From an uncultured Chloroflexia bacterium (GTDB lineage: Bacteria; Chloroflexota; Limnocylindria; Limnocylindrales; CSP1-4): a stretch of DNA of 64,000 nt. The stretch covers positions 264,208 to 328,207 of the forward strand of contig CAVQDZ010000004.1 of the NCBI GenBank assembly GCA_963711405.1. Reading direction: 5' to 3'. Positions 18,834 through 28,013 of this stretch are shown piece after piece. Both the position numbers and the translations under genes were made by a program. Every line of letters begins with the position of its first letter. The stretch's first letter is position 1. The notes beneath the pieces are model-generated. The model had not been told where the DNA came from and made no database searches. It saw only the letters and a list, made by a program, of their open reading frames with translations.

Positions 18834-19607
18834 GTGACCGAGGACCCTCGGGCGACGCTCGCCGAGCTTGTCTCGATCATCCGGCGCCAGCTCGGCCGTC
18901 GGCTCCTGGGCCTGTACCTGTTCGGCTCCCTCGCCGCCGGCGACTTCTATCCCGGGCGAAGCGACCTCGACCTGGTCGCCGTACTGGACACGGACGTCAG
19001 CGACTCTGACCTCGACGCGTTGCGCGAGCTTCACGCCGGCTTCGAGGGTGCCCGACCGGCGTGGCGCGATCGCATCGAGGTCCTGTATCTGAGCCAGATG
19101 GTGCTCGGCACGTTCGCCGCCGAACCACGCGGGCGCGTCGCTCGCATCAGCCCGGGTGAGCCCCTACACCAGCGCGAGCTGGGCGGCGACATCGGTTGGA
19201 TCATGGACTGGTACGCCGTGGTCGCTGGCGGCGAGGTGCTGGCTGGTCAGCCGCCGTTGAAGATCGGGCCTTCAGTCAGCGAAGAGTCCTTTCGGGCCGC
19301 GGTCCGCCATCAACTCACGGAGTGGCGCGTCCTCGTTCGCGTCAACTCTGTCGCGTACGTCCCCGCTCAGCAGGGCTACATCGTTGCCACCGTGTGCCGC
19401 GCGCTGTACGTGCTCGCGACCGGGACGCAGACGTCAAAGGAGAGGGCCGTCGCTTGGGTGGCCAGCAATCACCCCGACGACGCCGACTTTGTCTGGGCCG
19501 CCTACCACGCGTACCGGGCGGATATCCGCGGACCCCATGATCAGCTGATCCGCTTCGTCGACGACGCGATTGCCGAGGCCAGCGGTCTGCCCGGGGCAAC
19601 CGCCTGA
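18834..19607 (+). CDS. Nucleotidyltransferase, AadA/ANT(3'')-like (NTP_transf_2 plus DUF4111-like C-terminus)
   Basis: GTG 18834 lies one base after the ABC exporter stop. It carries the LFGSLAAGDFYPGRSDLDLV (G-S..D-x-D) polymerase-beta-type motif and a helical C-terminal half. Confidence 0.6.
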   Translation: MTEDPRATLAELVSIIRRQLGRRLLGLYLFGSLAAGDFYPGRSDLDLVAVLDTDVSDSDLDALRELHAGFEGARPAWRDRIEVLYLSQMVLGTFAAEPRGRVARISPGEPLHQRELGGDIGWIMDWYAVVAGGEVLAGQPPLKIGPSVSEESFRAAVRHQLTEWRVLVRVNSVAYVPAQQGYIVATVCRALYVLATGTQTSKERAVAWVASNHPDDADFVWAAYHAYRADIRGPHDQLIRFVDDAIAEASGLPGATA

Positions 19608-19699
19608 CGCGGCGCGCGAATTCGAGGAAGGTGGAGCTCCGGTCTGGCTATGTCCAAGAATTCGAGCGAGATAAACGGCGAAGGCGGCGGCGAATGGAA

Positions 19700-20518
19700 C
19701 TAAGCTGCAGCCGGGCTGTCACACGGCGTGGTGCCGGAGGCGACCACGCTGACCGTCTTGGCGCTGGTGTCGAGATCGATGTCGATCCATTGAGTGTTGT
19801 TGGCGGGACTCATCTCCAGCCATAGCGCCTGCGGGTTGACCACAGCGCAGAGCCGGTAGATGGCGGTGGGAAGGCCCGTGACATCGATCGACTGGTACTG
19901 GTACCACGGTTGATAAGCGTCGCCCCAGCCAACCGAGATGCCCATCCGCACTTTCGTCGCCCGCTCCGTGCCGCAGTCGTGGTAGGTCTGCGGCGCCGAG
20001 TTCGGTGGGCGCTGGTCGGCAGGCATCTGGTCGGTATCAAACAGGCAGAAGCCGATCTTTCGAGAGAGGCGCTGGATCGGCGGATCCGTTGGTGTGAGGG
20101 GCGCCAGATGCACCGCGATGAAGTTTTTCAGATGCCAGTGGTCGTGGACGCCGAGCGGCTCGAAGTACATTGCGGCATTGGGCTGGACCACCTTGCGGTA
20201 GCTGCCGCTACTCGTCCATACGCGCTGGACGATGCGAGTCATGTTCTCGCCACTGCGCACGCTGCCGCGTACCACGAGCGGGCCGTCGCCGACGTTGTCG
20301 ACCAGGGTCCCAAAGCGCAGGAGCAGGTAGCCCTTCTTGGTCGTCTGCAGGGAAACGCCGAAGATCGGCGTCATCTGAAGGTCGGGCAACAGGTCAGTCG
20401 GCGCATCGGCGAATGCCGGCTGTGCCGCGACCGGAAGAAGCATGGCCGCTATCGCCAAGGCCGTGACCAGCCGGACGGAAAACCGAACCGACCCAAGCGA
20501 ACCCATCGACTCCCCCAC
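19700..20518 (-). CDS. Secreted lysyl oxidase-like copper amine oxidase (LOX catalytic domain), copy 1
   Basis: A signal peptide is followed by DLLPDL, LLRFGTLVDNVGDGPL, VHDHWH (three-His copper site), RKIGFCLFDT (LTQ Lys position), GWGDAY (LTQ Tyr position), QSIDVTGLPTAIYRLCAVVNP and PANN. These are collinear with animal LOX motifs DLVPD / LLRF..NQG / HQHYH / KASFCLED / GCYDTY / QWIDITD..Y.L.V.VNP / TNN. Confidence 0.8.
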   Translation of the reverse strand: MGESMGSLGSVRFSVRLVTALAIAAMLLPVAAQPAFADAPTDLLPDLQMTPIFGVSLQTTKKGYLLLRFGTLVDNVGDGPLVVRGSVRSGENMTRIVQRVWTSSGSYRKVVQPNAAMYFEPLGVHDHWHLKNFIAVHLAPLTPTDPPIQRLSRKIGFCLFDTDQMPADQRPPNSAPQTYHDCGTERATKVRMGISVGWGDAYQPWYQYQSIDVTGLPTAIYRLCAVVNPQALWLEMSPANNTQWIDIDLDTSAKTVSVVASGTTPCDSPAAA

Positions 20519-20641
20519 GCGGGTTAGGCGCGGATGCTATGCCCCGGAGTCAAGCGGCCCATCCATCGTGCCGATCGAACCGGACACGGGCCGAGGCGAT
20601 GTCCTTGTGCGTGGAGCGTTCGTGGCTTGGCCTGGCTTACT

Positions 20642-21424
20642 TCAACAGGCGGTCGTGCCCTGATCGAGGATCTCGACTGTCCGCGCAGACGGACGAATGC
20701 GCAGGTCCATCCAGTAGCTGTTGTTGGCGTTCGACTTTTCGAGCCATAGGCTGTGAGGGTTGACTGTCGCGCACAGACGATATGTGCCCCGCGCTATGCC
20801 AGTAACGTCGATTGCCTGGAAATCGTAGGAAGGTTGGTACGCGTCGCCCCAACCGACCGAGATTCCCATACGCACCCTTCTCGACTCTTCCGTACCGCAA
20901 CCCGTGAAGGTCATGGGAGCCGAGTTCGGCAGCTGCTCATCGGGCGGCAGTTGGGTGGTGTCGAAGAAGCAGAAGCCGATCTTGGTCGAAAGGCGGGTGG
21001 GCCCCGTGCTGCTCCCGAGTGCCGTGAGTCGCATCGTTATGAAATCCCGCAGATGCCAGTGCCCGTGGACCCCTACCGCTTCGAAGTACATCGTCGCGTC
21101 GGGCTGTGACACGTGGCGAAAAGTGCCATCGGTCCGGTTGATGACCTGGGCGACGCGCTGCATCTTCCCGTTGAGCGGGCGTCTACCACGGACGATGATC
21201 GGTCCGTCGCCGATATTGTTCACCAGGGTACCGAAGCGCAAGCGAAGCTCGCCGTGCTTGGCCTGCAGCGCTACACCGAACAGCGGGGCCATCTGTAGGT
21301 CCGGGAGCAGGTCCGCGTGGTGCGCGGCCGCGACGGGAGTGGCAGCGGCGGGAACGAGCAGGCCAAATACAACAAGCGCGGCAGACAGCCGAGCAATACT
21401 TCTGGTCAGAGCCCGGCGATGCAT
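20642..21424 (-). CDS. Secreted lysyl oxidase-like copper amine oxidase, copy 2 (tandem paralogue)
   Basis: Same motif series as copy 1: DLLPDL, LRLRFGTLVNNIGDGPI, VHGHWH, TKIGFCFFDT, GWGDAY, QAIDVTGIARGTYRLCATVNP and NANN. A signal-like N-terminus is present. Confidence 0.8.
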   Translation of the reverse strand: MHRRALTRSIARLSAALVVFGLLVPAAATPVAAAHHADLLPDLQMAPLFGVALQAKHGELRLRFGTLVNNIGDGPIIVRGRRPLNGKMQRVAQVINRTDGTFRHVSQPDATMYFEAVGVHGHWHLRDFITMRLTALGSSTGPTRLSTKIGFCFFDTTQLPPDEQLPNSAPMTFTGCGTEESRRVRMGISVGWGDAYQPSYDFQAIDVTGIARGTYRLCATVNPHSLWLEKSNANNSYWMDLRIRPSARTVEILDQGTTAC

Positions 21425-21474
21425 CAGCGCCCCTTCGTTACCCAGTGGGGCGCGATCCTAACCGCCCGAAAGTA

Positions 21475-22587
21475 CTACGGCAATGACCGCTCGGGGTGGC
21501 CGACGTAGCGCACGTCGGGCCGGATCAGGCGGTTGTCGGCGGCCTGCTCGAGGACGTGTGCCGTCCAGCCGGCGTGTCGGGCGAGCGAGAACGTCGCCGG
21601 GAACAGGTCCGGCGTCAGGCCAACACCCATCAGCACGGGCGCGGCGTAGTACTCGACGTTCGTCTTGATTGCTCGGTCGGGATGCTTCTCAGCCAGCACG
21701 CGTAGCGCGACATCCTCGACGTCGATCGCCTTCTGCAGCCAGTCGGGGCGCGTTGGCATGTCCTCCGCGACCTTGCGCAGCGCCGCGGCGCGCGGGTCGT
21801 AGGCTCGGTAGACGCGATGCCCGAAACCCATCAGCCGGTCACCGCGCGCAAGCGTTTCGCGCACCCACTGCTCGGCGTGCTCCGTGTCCGAAACCTGAGC
21901 GAGCTGGTCGACCACCTCTGACGGCGCGCCGCCGTGGAGCGGGCCCTTCATCGTCCCGATGGCCGCGGACACGGCCGAGGCAATGTCCGAGCGCGTGGAT
22001 GTGACGACCCGTGCCGTGAACGTTGAGGCGTTGAAACCGTGCTCGGCGCCAACGATGAAGTAGGCGTCGAGCGCGCGCGCCGTGGCCGCATCAGGTCGAA
22101 CGCCCTTGAGCTGGTAGAGGAAGCCGTCGACCAGGTTGAGCGACGGATCCGGCTCAATCGGCTCCTGGCCGGCGCGCAAGCGCGCGAAAGCGGCCAAAGC
22201 AGATGGCGAGAACGAGGTCAGCGCGCGTGCCTGCTCGACCGTGGGTGGCCAGGGCAGGTCCGTAACCGCGCCCCACGCGGAAACGGCAGTGCGCAGCGCG
22301 TCCATTGGCTTGGCCGTCGCCGGCAGTGCGCGCAGCACGGTCATCACGGCTGGCGGAATGGGCGCCGTGGGCAGATGGTGATGGGCGTCCCAGGTGTCCG
22401 TCCAGAGCAGGTTGGCCACCGCCGGGTAATTGCCCCCGAGGACGAGCTCGCCGATCGGGTAGCCCCGATACGTGAGCCGGCCGTTGGCGCCATCGACGTA
22501 GCCGAGTGACGTCTCACCCGCCAGGACCCCCTCGAGTCCGGGTGAGTAGGGACGGTCGTCGGGACGCGCCTCCACTGCCATGGTCAT
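21475..22587 (-). CDS. Citrate synthase (small, type II/2-methylcitrate synthase-like)
   Basis: GLEGV, HGFNASTF, GPLHGGA, GFGHRVY and RPDVRYVG motifs. 370 aa. Confidence 0.85.
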   Translation of the reverse strand: MTMAVEARPDDRPYSPGLEGVLAGETSLGYVDGANGRLTYRGYPIGELVLGGNYPAVANLLWTDTWDAHHHLPTAPIPPAVMTVLRALPATAKPMDALRTAVSAWGAVTDLPWPPTVEQARALTSFSPSALAAFARLRAGQEPIEPDPSLNLVDGFLYQLKGVRPDAATARALDAYFIVGAEHGFNASTFTARVVTSTRSDIASAVSAAIGTMKGPLHGGAPSEVVDQLAQVSDTEHAEQWVRETLARGDRLMGFGHRVYRAYDPRAAALRKVAEDMPTRPDWLQKAIDVEDVALRVLAEKHPDRAIKTNVEYYAAPVLMGVGLTPDLFPATFSLARHAGWTAHVLEQAADNRLIRPDVRYVGHPERSLP

Positions 22588-23207
22588 GAGTCTAGCCCTC
22601 CCTCTGCGCCGAGCGCCGCCCTCGACTCGAGCAGCGCACCTGCGGCAAACATCTCTTCAATCGCGCGATCGCCGTCACCCGCTTGGAGGTCGACTGCGCG
22701 GATTCCGTTCTGAAGCACGGTCACCGGATAGCCGCGCTCACGCGCGTCGAGGACCGTGGATTTGACGCAGTAGTCGGTCGCCAGGCCGGCAATGACGATC
22801 TGAGTCACTGACGCTGCGGCGAGCATGTCGCCCAAGGGCGTGGGGATGGTCTCGCCACTGACGGGGTCGCGCATCGTGAAGCCTGAATAGCCGTCCTCAC
22901 CGTTGCTGCCCTTGTGGATGATCGGGCCACCGACGACGAGCCCCGGATGCAGCTCCGCTCCCCAGGTGCCCTGCACGCAATGTACAGGCCAGATGCCGCC
23001 GTCCTTCTGGAAGTGCGGCGTGGACTCCGGGTGCCAGTCCTGGGTGTGGAAGACGCGCGCGCCCGCTTGTTGGGCGCGCGCGATCTCGGCGTTGATGAAC
23101 GGCACGGTCTGTTCACCGCCCTTGACATAGAGGCTGCCGCCCGGGTCCGCGAAATCATTCTGGACGTCGACGACGAGCAGCGCGGTGGTTGGGTCGTACG
23201 TCGCCAT
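22584..23207 (-). CDS. pncA: Nicotinamidase/pyrazinamidase (isochorismatase fold)
   Basis: ATG 23207. LLVVDVQNDF, metal-site DWHP..H..H (HTQDWHPESTPHF..WPVHC) and catalytic Cys in GLATDYCV. Its stop overlaps the citrate synthase start by 4 nt. The N-terminal part of ORF 22584..23573 is discounted. Confidence 0.75.
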   Translation of the reverse strand: MATYDPTTALLVVDVQNDFADPGGSLYVKGGEQTVPFINAEIARAQQAGARVFHTQDWHPESTPHFQKDGGIWPVHCVQGTWGAELHPGLVVGGPIIHKGSNGEDGYSGFTMRDPVSGETIPTPLGDMLAAASVTQIVIAGLATDYCVKSTVLDARERGYPVTVLQNGIRAVDLQAGDGDRAIEEMFAAGALLESRAALGAEGGLDS

Positions 23208-23256
23208 GCGGTGCTGGAATTCTATGTGCCACGGCCGTTTCGTTCGGCAGTGCCGA

Positions 23257-24018
23257 ATGGCTGTTATACCAAGACCCGTGGCACTGCTACCGGACGAGCC
23301 TCGCGCTGAGCTGAGCACAGAACGCGTGCGCAGCGGCCGACGCGCCGCGATCGTCGTGGCGGGGCTGGCCGTGGTCGTCGTCGGCACGCTCGTTTGGAAG
23401 CCGTGGGACAGCGCCGCGCCGGCCGCCACTCGCAGACCGACGCTGCCGGCGGTGGCGCTCGCGTCACCATCGGCCGGGCCATCGCCTGTCATCACTCCCG
23501 TCCCGGCCACGCCGGTTCCAACGACTGACGCCAGCCAGCAGGTAATTGCCGCCCCTGACAACCTGGGCAGCATCCGGTTTTACCCCAACGAGGGTCCTGC
23601 GGGATGGTGCATCTACAAGGCAGCCAATAGGAAGGCGCCGCTGACGCTATCGGTCATCGTCGTCGAGCCACCGGTAGTAATCGTTGGCGACTCTGCCGGC
23701 GACACACTGCGTGCCGTGCGCTGGCACATCGAGCTCGAAACGAACACCCAGGACAAGCTCTTCGAATCCGAATGGCTCCATTCGTCCGAATCGGAGGCGA
23801 AAATGATCGATGTCGGCCAGTTCGGGTTCGTCAAGCCGATCAGCATTGCCGTCCCGGCGGCCCATTCGATCACCGTCTTCCGAGCACCCATGGTCATCGA
23901 GTGGCTGGGCCATGGCGCAACCGTGCTCGCAACGCAGCGGGTGGTGCCCGCTGCCTACGGCATGCTTGGAGCGCCTGGCTGGGCGCCCCAGCCCGGGGGT
24001 TGCCCCGCAACGATTTGA
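23257..24018 (+). CDS. Membrane-anchored hypothetical protein
   Basis: ATG 23257. One TM helix (AAIVVAGLAVVVVGTLVW), a P/A/T-rich linker, then a roughly 150 aa domain with no motif I recognise. Confidence 0.5.
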   Translation: MAVIPRPVALLPDEPRAELSTERVRSGRRAAIVVAGLAVVVVGTLVWKPWDSAAPAATRRPTLPAVALASPSAGPSPVITPVPATPVPTTDASQQVIAAPDNLGSIRFYPNEGPAGWCIYKAANRKAPLTLSVIVVEPPVVIVGDSAGDTLRAVRWHIELETNTQDKLFESEWLHSSESEAKMIDVGQFGFVKPISIAVPAAHSITVFRAPMVIEWLGHGATVLATQRVVPAAYGMLGAPGWAPQPGGCPATI

Positions 24019-24040
24019 GATTCGGTATCATCTCCGCCTG

Positions 24041-24448
24041 ATGAGACCGAGTATCAACCGAGAGACCGCGCCCAGACGTGCGGTTGCCGCGCTGATCGGG
24101 CAGCGCCACGGCCACTTCACCGCTGCTGACCTGCTCGCGGACGCGCAGCGCAACGACGTGCGCATCGGTCGCGCAACGGTCTTCCGCACCCTTGACCTGC
24201 TCGCCGAGCAGGGCTCGCTCGAGCGCCTCGACCTGCCCGGCGGCGAGCACGCCTACGTGGCCTGCGCGCCGGAGCAGCATCACCACCACGTCGTGTGCCG
24301 GAGCTGCGGGTCATCGGTGGAGGTGGACGACAGCGGTTTGCAGGCCGTCGTGCGCCACATCGGTGCCCAAAGCGGCTACCGGATCGAGACTCACCGCCTT
24401 GAGCTGTATGGCCTGTGCCCGGTCTGCCGTCAGGTCAGCGCGCAATGA
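24041..24448 (+). CDS. Fur-family metalloregulator (Zur/Mur-like)
   Basis: ATG 24041. Winged-helix N-terminus (RIGRATVFRTLDLL), a HHHH run and two CxxC pairs (VVCRSCGS, GLCPVC). An ATGA overlap joins it to the downstream metal-binding protein gene. Confidence 0.8.
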   Translation: MRPSINRETAPRRAVAALIGQRHGHFTAADLLADAQRNDVRIGRATVFRTLDLLAEQGSLERLDLPGGEHAYVACAPEQHHHHVVCRSCGSSVEVDDSGLQAVVRHIGAQSGYRIETHRLELYGLCPVCRQVSAQ

Positions 24449-25342
24449 GGCCGCGGGTGTTGGTGAGCATGGCGCTCCTCACAGTCGTCATTGGGGCTTG
24501 CTCGAGCGCCGCCCGGCCAACGAGCGCCCCGGGGGCGATCAAAGTCGCGACAACGACGACTGTCTTTGCCGATCTGATCTCCAATGTGGGCGGCAGTCAC
24601 GTCATCGTCCAGTCGCTCGTGCCCAAGGGCGGCGATGTCCACACGTTCGACCCGTCTCCGGGCGATGCTGCGGCAGTCAGCGGTGCCCAGCTCGTGGTCA
24701 TGAACGGCTTAGGTCTCGACGACTGGCTTGTGCCGTTCATGCACGACACCGGTACCGCAGACGTTCCCATCCTGAAGCTGGGCGAAGGGCTGACCGATGT
24801 CCAGTACATCGGGAGCGACGAGGGTGGCGACAATCCGCACCTGTGGATGGACCCGCTCTACGCTCGTGAGTACGTCGATCGCATCCGGCTCAAGCTGGAT
24901 GAAATCGATCCCGCCAACCAGGCCGACTACGACGCCAACGCCTCGGCCTACGATGCTCAGCTGGCTGCGCTGGACGACTACGTCAAGTCGCAGCTACGCG
25001 ACGATTCCGGCCGAGCAACGCAAGCTGGTCGCCTTCCACGATGCGTTCCCGTACTACGCACGCGAATACGGCATAGACGTTGTCGGAGTTGTCACGCCCG
25101 CGCCCGGTCAGGATCCGAGTGCCGGCGAGATTGCCGACCTGATCAATACGATCAAGGCTTCGAATGTGCGGCTGATCCTGGCCGAGGTCCAGTTTCCGGA
25201 CCAGCTCGTCCGCGAGATCGCCGCCGACACCGGAGCCACGGTTGAGAGCGACCTTTATGACGACGCCCTGACTGATACCGTCCCAAGCTACGTGGAGATG
25301 ATCCGCTGGGATACCGACAAGATCGTCGGCGGACTGCGATGA
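24445..25342 (+). pseudogene. Metal (Zn/Mn-type) ABC substrate-binding lipoprotein, TroA/ZnuA family; one +1 frame change as assembled
   Basis: MRPRVLVSMALLTVVIGAC lipobox, VHTFDPSPGD and NPHLWMDP. After about 24997 the homologous text continues in the next frame (TIPAEQRKLVAFHDAFPYYAREYGI..GQDPSAGEIADLI). Confidence 0.8.
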
Positions 25343-26208
25343 GCGAACCGCCTGCCGGACACGACGTGCACGACGCTCAACCGAGCCACCTGCGCGCTCA
25401 CTCCGACGTCTGGCTGTCGGGAGTAACTGCAGGTTATGGCGACCGACCGGCGCTCGAGGACGTCAGCCTGGCCGTCGAATCGGGGACGCTGCTGGCCGTA
25501 GTCGGTCCCAACGGCGCCGGCAAGAGCACTCTGCTCAAGATCATGGCTGGTCTGCTCGAGCCGTGGACCGGGCGTGTCGAGATCCTCGGTGGAGCACCGG
25601 GCCGCGAGGCGCATCGCGTCGCCTACGTCCCGCAGGCCGAGACCGTCGATTGGGCCTTTCCGGTGACAGTCGCCGATGTCGTGATGATGGGCCGTTATCC
25701 GCTGCTTGGCCCACTGCGCAGGCCAGGATCGGTTGATCGCCGTCACGTGGACGAGGCGCTCGCGAAGGTGAGCATGACGGAGCACCGCGAGACGCAGATC
25801 GGCCGGCTTTCCGGAGGTCAGCGACGCCGCGTGTTCATCGCTCGCGCCCTGGCCGCAGACCCGGCGCTGTATCTGCTCGACGAGCCGGTCACCGGCATCG
25901 ACGCGACGACTCAGGATGACCTGATGAACATTCTCGAGAGTGAGTCGCAGCGCGGACGAACAGTCGTGGCGACCACGCACGATCTGGCCACGGCGGCCGA
26001 GCGCTTCCAGCGCGTGGCCGCCATCAACCACCGCGTCGTCGCCGAGGGTCCGGCCTCGCTCATCCTCGATCCGGATCTGCTGGCCAAGACCTACGGCGGC
26101 CACCTGCTCGTCGTCGGCGGCAACGCAGTCGTCATCGACGACGCCCACCACCACGATCAGCCCAGTGGGCGCGAGGTCCACTACCACGAAGACGCACAGC
26201 ACCACTGA
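25339..26208 (+). CDS. Metal ABC transporter ATP-binding protein with His-rich C-terminal tail
   Basis: Walker [18 protein letters not shown] and Walker [13 protein letters not shown]. The C-terminus is [23 protein letters not shown]. Overlaps neighbours at both ends. Confidence 0.85.
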   Translation: MSEPPAGHDVHDAQPSHLRAHSDVWLSGVTAGYGDRPALEDVSLAVESGTLLAVVGPNGAGKSTLLKIMAGLLEPWTGRVEILGGAPGREAHRVAYVPQAETVDWAFPVTVADVVMMGRYPLLGPLRRPGSVDRRHVDEALAKVSMTEHRETQIGRLSGGQRRRVFIARALAADPALYLLDEPVTGIDATTQDDLMNILESESQRGRTVVATTHDLATAAERFQRVAAINHRVVAEGPASLILDPDLLAKTYGGHLLVVGGNAVVIDDAHHHDQPSGREVHYHEDAQHH

Positions 26209-27068
26209 TGGATGCGCTCTTCGAACCACTGACGTTTCAATTCTTCCAGCGAGCGCTGCTGGCCAGCCTGCTCGCGGGGACAGTGTGCGCAGTGGTGGGC
26301 AGCTATGTCGTGCTCAAGGGCCTCGCCTTCATCGGCGACGCGATCGCACACGCGGCCTTCCCGGGCGTCGTCGTTGCCTACATCGTCGGGGCGCCGTACG
26401 CGCTTGGCGGCGGCATCGCCGCCTTCGCGACCGCTCTTGCCATCGGCTGGATCACGCGGCGAAGCACGCTCCGTGTCGACACGGCAATTGGCGTGGTCTT
26501 TGCCGGGGCGTTCGCGCTGGGCATCTTCCTGTACAGCTCGATCAACGGCTTTGTGGGCGACCTGTTCGGTTTCCTGGTCGGCAACGTGCTCGCCATCGGG
26601 ACAGACGACCTGATCGGCCTGCTGGTCCTCAGCGCGGTGGTGCTCGGAACCGTGGCAGTGCTGTGGAAGGAGCTGCTCTACTCGACCTTCGATCCGCTCG
26701 GCGCGGCCGCTTCGGGGCTGCCCGTGAGCGGGCTCGAATACCTCTTCCTGGGCCTTGTCGCGATTACCATCGTGATCAGCCTGCAAGCCGTCGGCATCAT
26801 CCTCGTCGTGGCCATGCTGGTCACACCGGCCGCTACGGCGCAGCTTCTGACAGTTCGCTTCTCACGGATGATCCTGCTCGCCACCGTCGTTGGCGCGCTG
26901 TCGTCGATCGCCGGTCTGTATCTCAGCTACTGGTTCGACGTTGCGAGCGGAGCCACGATCGTCCTCGTTCAGACGGTCGTCTTCCTGGTGGCCCTGGCGT
27001 GGACGCGGGTCGCGAGCATCAGGCGGCGCCTGGCGGCGTCATCGGCGGTGACAACGCCAGCCGGATAA
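26208..27068 (+). CDS. Metal ABC transporter permease (ABC-3 family)
   Basis: 286 aa with 8-9 TM helices. GDAIAHAAFPGV is characteristic of ZnuB/MntB/TroC-type permeases. Confidence 0.85.
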   Translation: MDALFEPLTFQFFQRALLASLLAGTVCAVVGSYVVLKGLAFIGDAIAHAAFPGVVVAYIVGAPYALGGGIAAFATALAIGWITRRSTLRVDTAIGVVFAGAFALGIFLYSSINGFVGDLFGFLVGNVLAIGTDDLIGLLVLSAVVLGTVAVLWKELLYSTFDPLGAAASGLPVSGLEYLFLGLVAITIVISLQAVGIILVVAMLVTPAATAQLLTVRFSRMILLATVVGALSSIAGLYLSYWFDVASGATIVLVQTVVFLVALAWTRVASIRRRLAASSAVTTPAG

Positions 27069-27078
27069 TCTCCGGCAC

Positions 27079-28002
27079 GTGGATGGCGCTGCGGTCATTT
27101 CAGTCGCTGACCTGCACAAGAGCTACGGCGACGTGCGGGCCGTCGACGGCATCACGTTCGAAGTCAGCAAGGGCGAGGTGTTCGGGCTGCTCGGCCCGAA
27201 CGGCGCGGGCAAGACGACCACGATCGAGATCCTCGAGGGTCTCAACCGCCACGATACGGGCACTGTCAGCGTGCTCGGGTTGGACCCGGCGCGCGACACG
27301 ACGAAGTTGAAGGAGCGCATCGGCGTCCAGCTCCAGACGGCCGCGCTGTATCCCAACCTGACCGTGGTCGAGCTGATCAACGTCTTCCGCAGCTTCTACA
27401 GCCACTCGCGGCCGACGGACGAGCTCATCAGCGAGTTCGGCCTCGAGGAGCGCAAGACCGGGCTGACCAAGGAGCTTTCTGGCGGGCAGCGCCAGCGTCT
27501 GTCAGTGGCGCTGGCAATGGTCAACGATCCGGAGCTGATCTTCCTCGACGAGCCCACGACCGGGCTCGATCCGCAGGCCCGTCGCTCGCTGTGGGACCGC
27601 GTCGCCGCACTCAAGGACCAGGGCAGGACGGTGGTCATGACCACGCACTACATGGAAGAGGCAGAGCAGCTGTGCGACCGGGTCGCAATCATGGACCACG
27701 GCCGCATCCTCGAGTTGGGCACGGTCGGCGAGGTCGTCAGCAGCCACTTCAAGGAGCGCAGCGTCCGCTTCGCGACGCGCGCCGTGTTCGAGGACACGCG
27801 TCTTGCGCAGCTGCGCGCTGTCACCCGCGTGGCGCACGAGGTCGACGACACCGTCCTGTACACAACGGATGTGCCGGCGACGATCGGTGATCTGGAGCGG
27901 CTCGCCGAAGAGGTCGGCGCGAGCGGCCTCGATGTTGCCGTCAAACGGCCCACGCTCGAGGACGTGTTCCTGGAGCTGACCGGCCGCGCGCTGCGCGACT
28001 AA
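27079..28002 (+). CDS. ABC transporter ATP-binding protein (ABC-2/DrrA-like exporter)
   Basis: Walker A GPNGAGKTT, LSGGQRQR and Walker B LIFLDEPTTGLD, plus a C-terminal regulatory domain. Confidence 0.85.
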   Translation: MDGAAVISVADLHKSYGDVRAVDGITFEVSKGEVFGLLGPNGAGKTTTIEILEGLNRHDTGTVSVLGLDPARDTTKLKERIGVQLQTAALYPNLTVVELINVFRSFYSHSRPTDELISEFGLEERKTGLTKELSGGQRQRLSVALAMVNDPELIFLDEPTTGLDPQARRSLWDRVAALKDQGRTVVMTTHYMEEAEQLCDRVAIMDHGRILELGTVGEVVSSHFKERSVRFATRAVFEDTRLAQLRAVTRVAHEVDDTVLYTTDVPATIGDLERLAEEVGASGLDVAVKRPTLEDVFLELTGRALRD

Positions 28003-28013
28003 AAGGACGTGCG

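Noticed and set aside
24017-24034. GAGAT..ATCTC inverted repeat upstream of the Fur-family gene; considered a Zur/Fur box
   Set aside because: Only 5 bp per arm, and it does not resemble the AT-rich Fur/Zur box consensus closely enough to claim.
25288-26229. 313 aa minus-strand ORF. Similar long antisense ORFs occur at 16583..17506, 29096..30151, 2024..2740, 34898..35770 and 43254..43796.
   Set aside because: Each one lies opposite a gene with strong motif support and shows no motif of its own.
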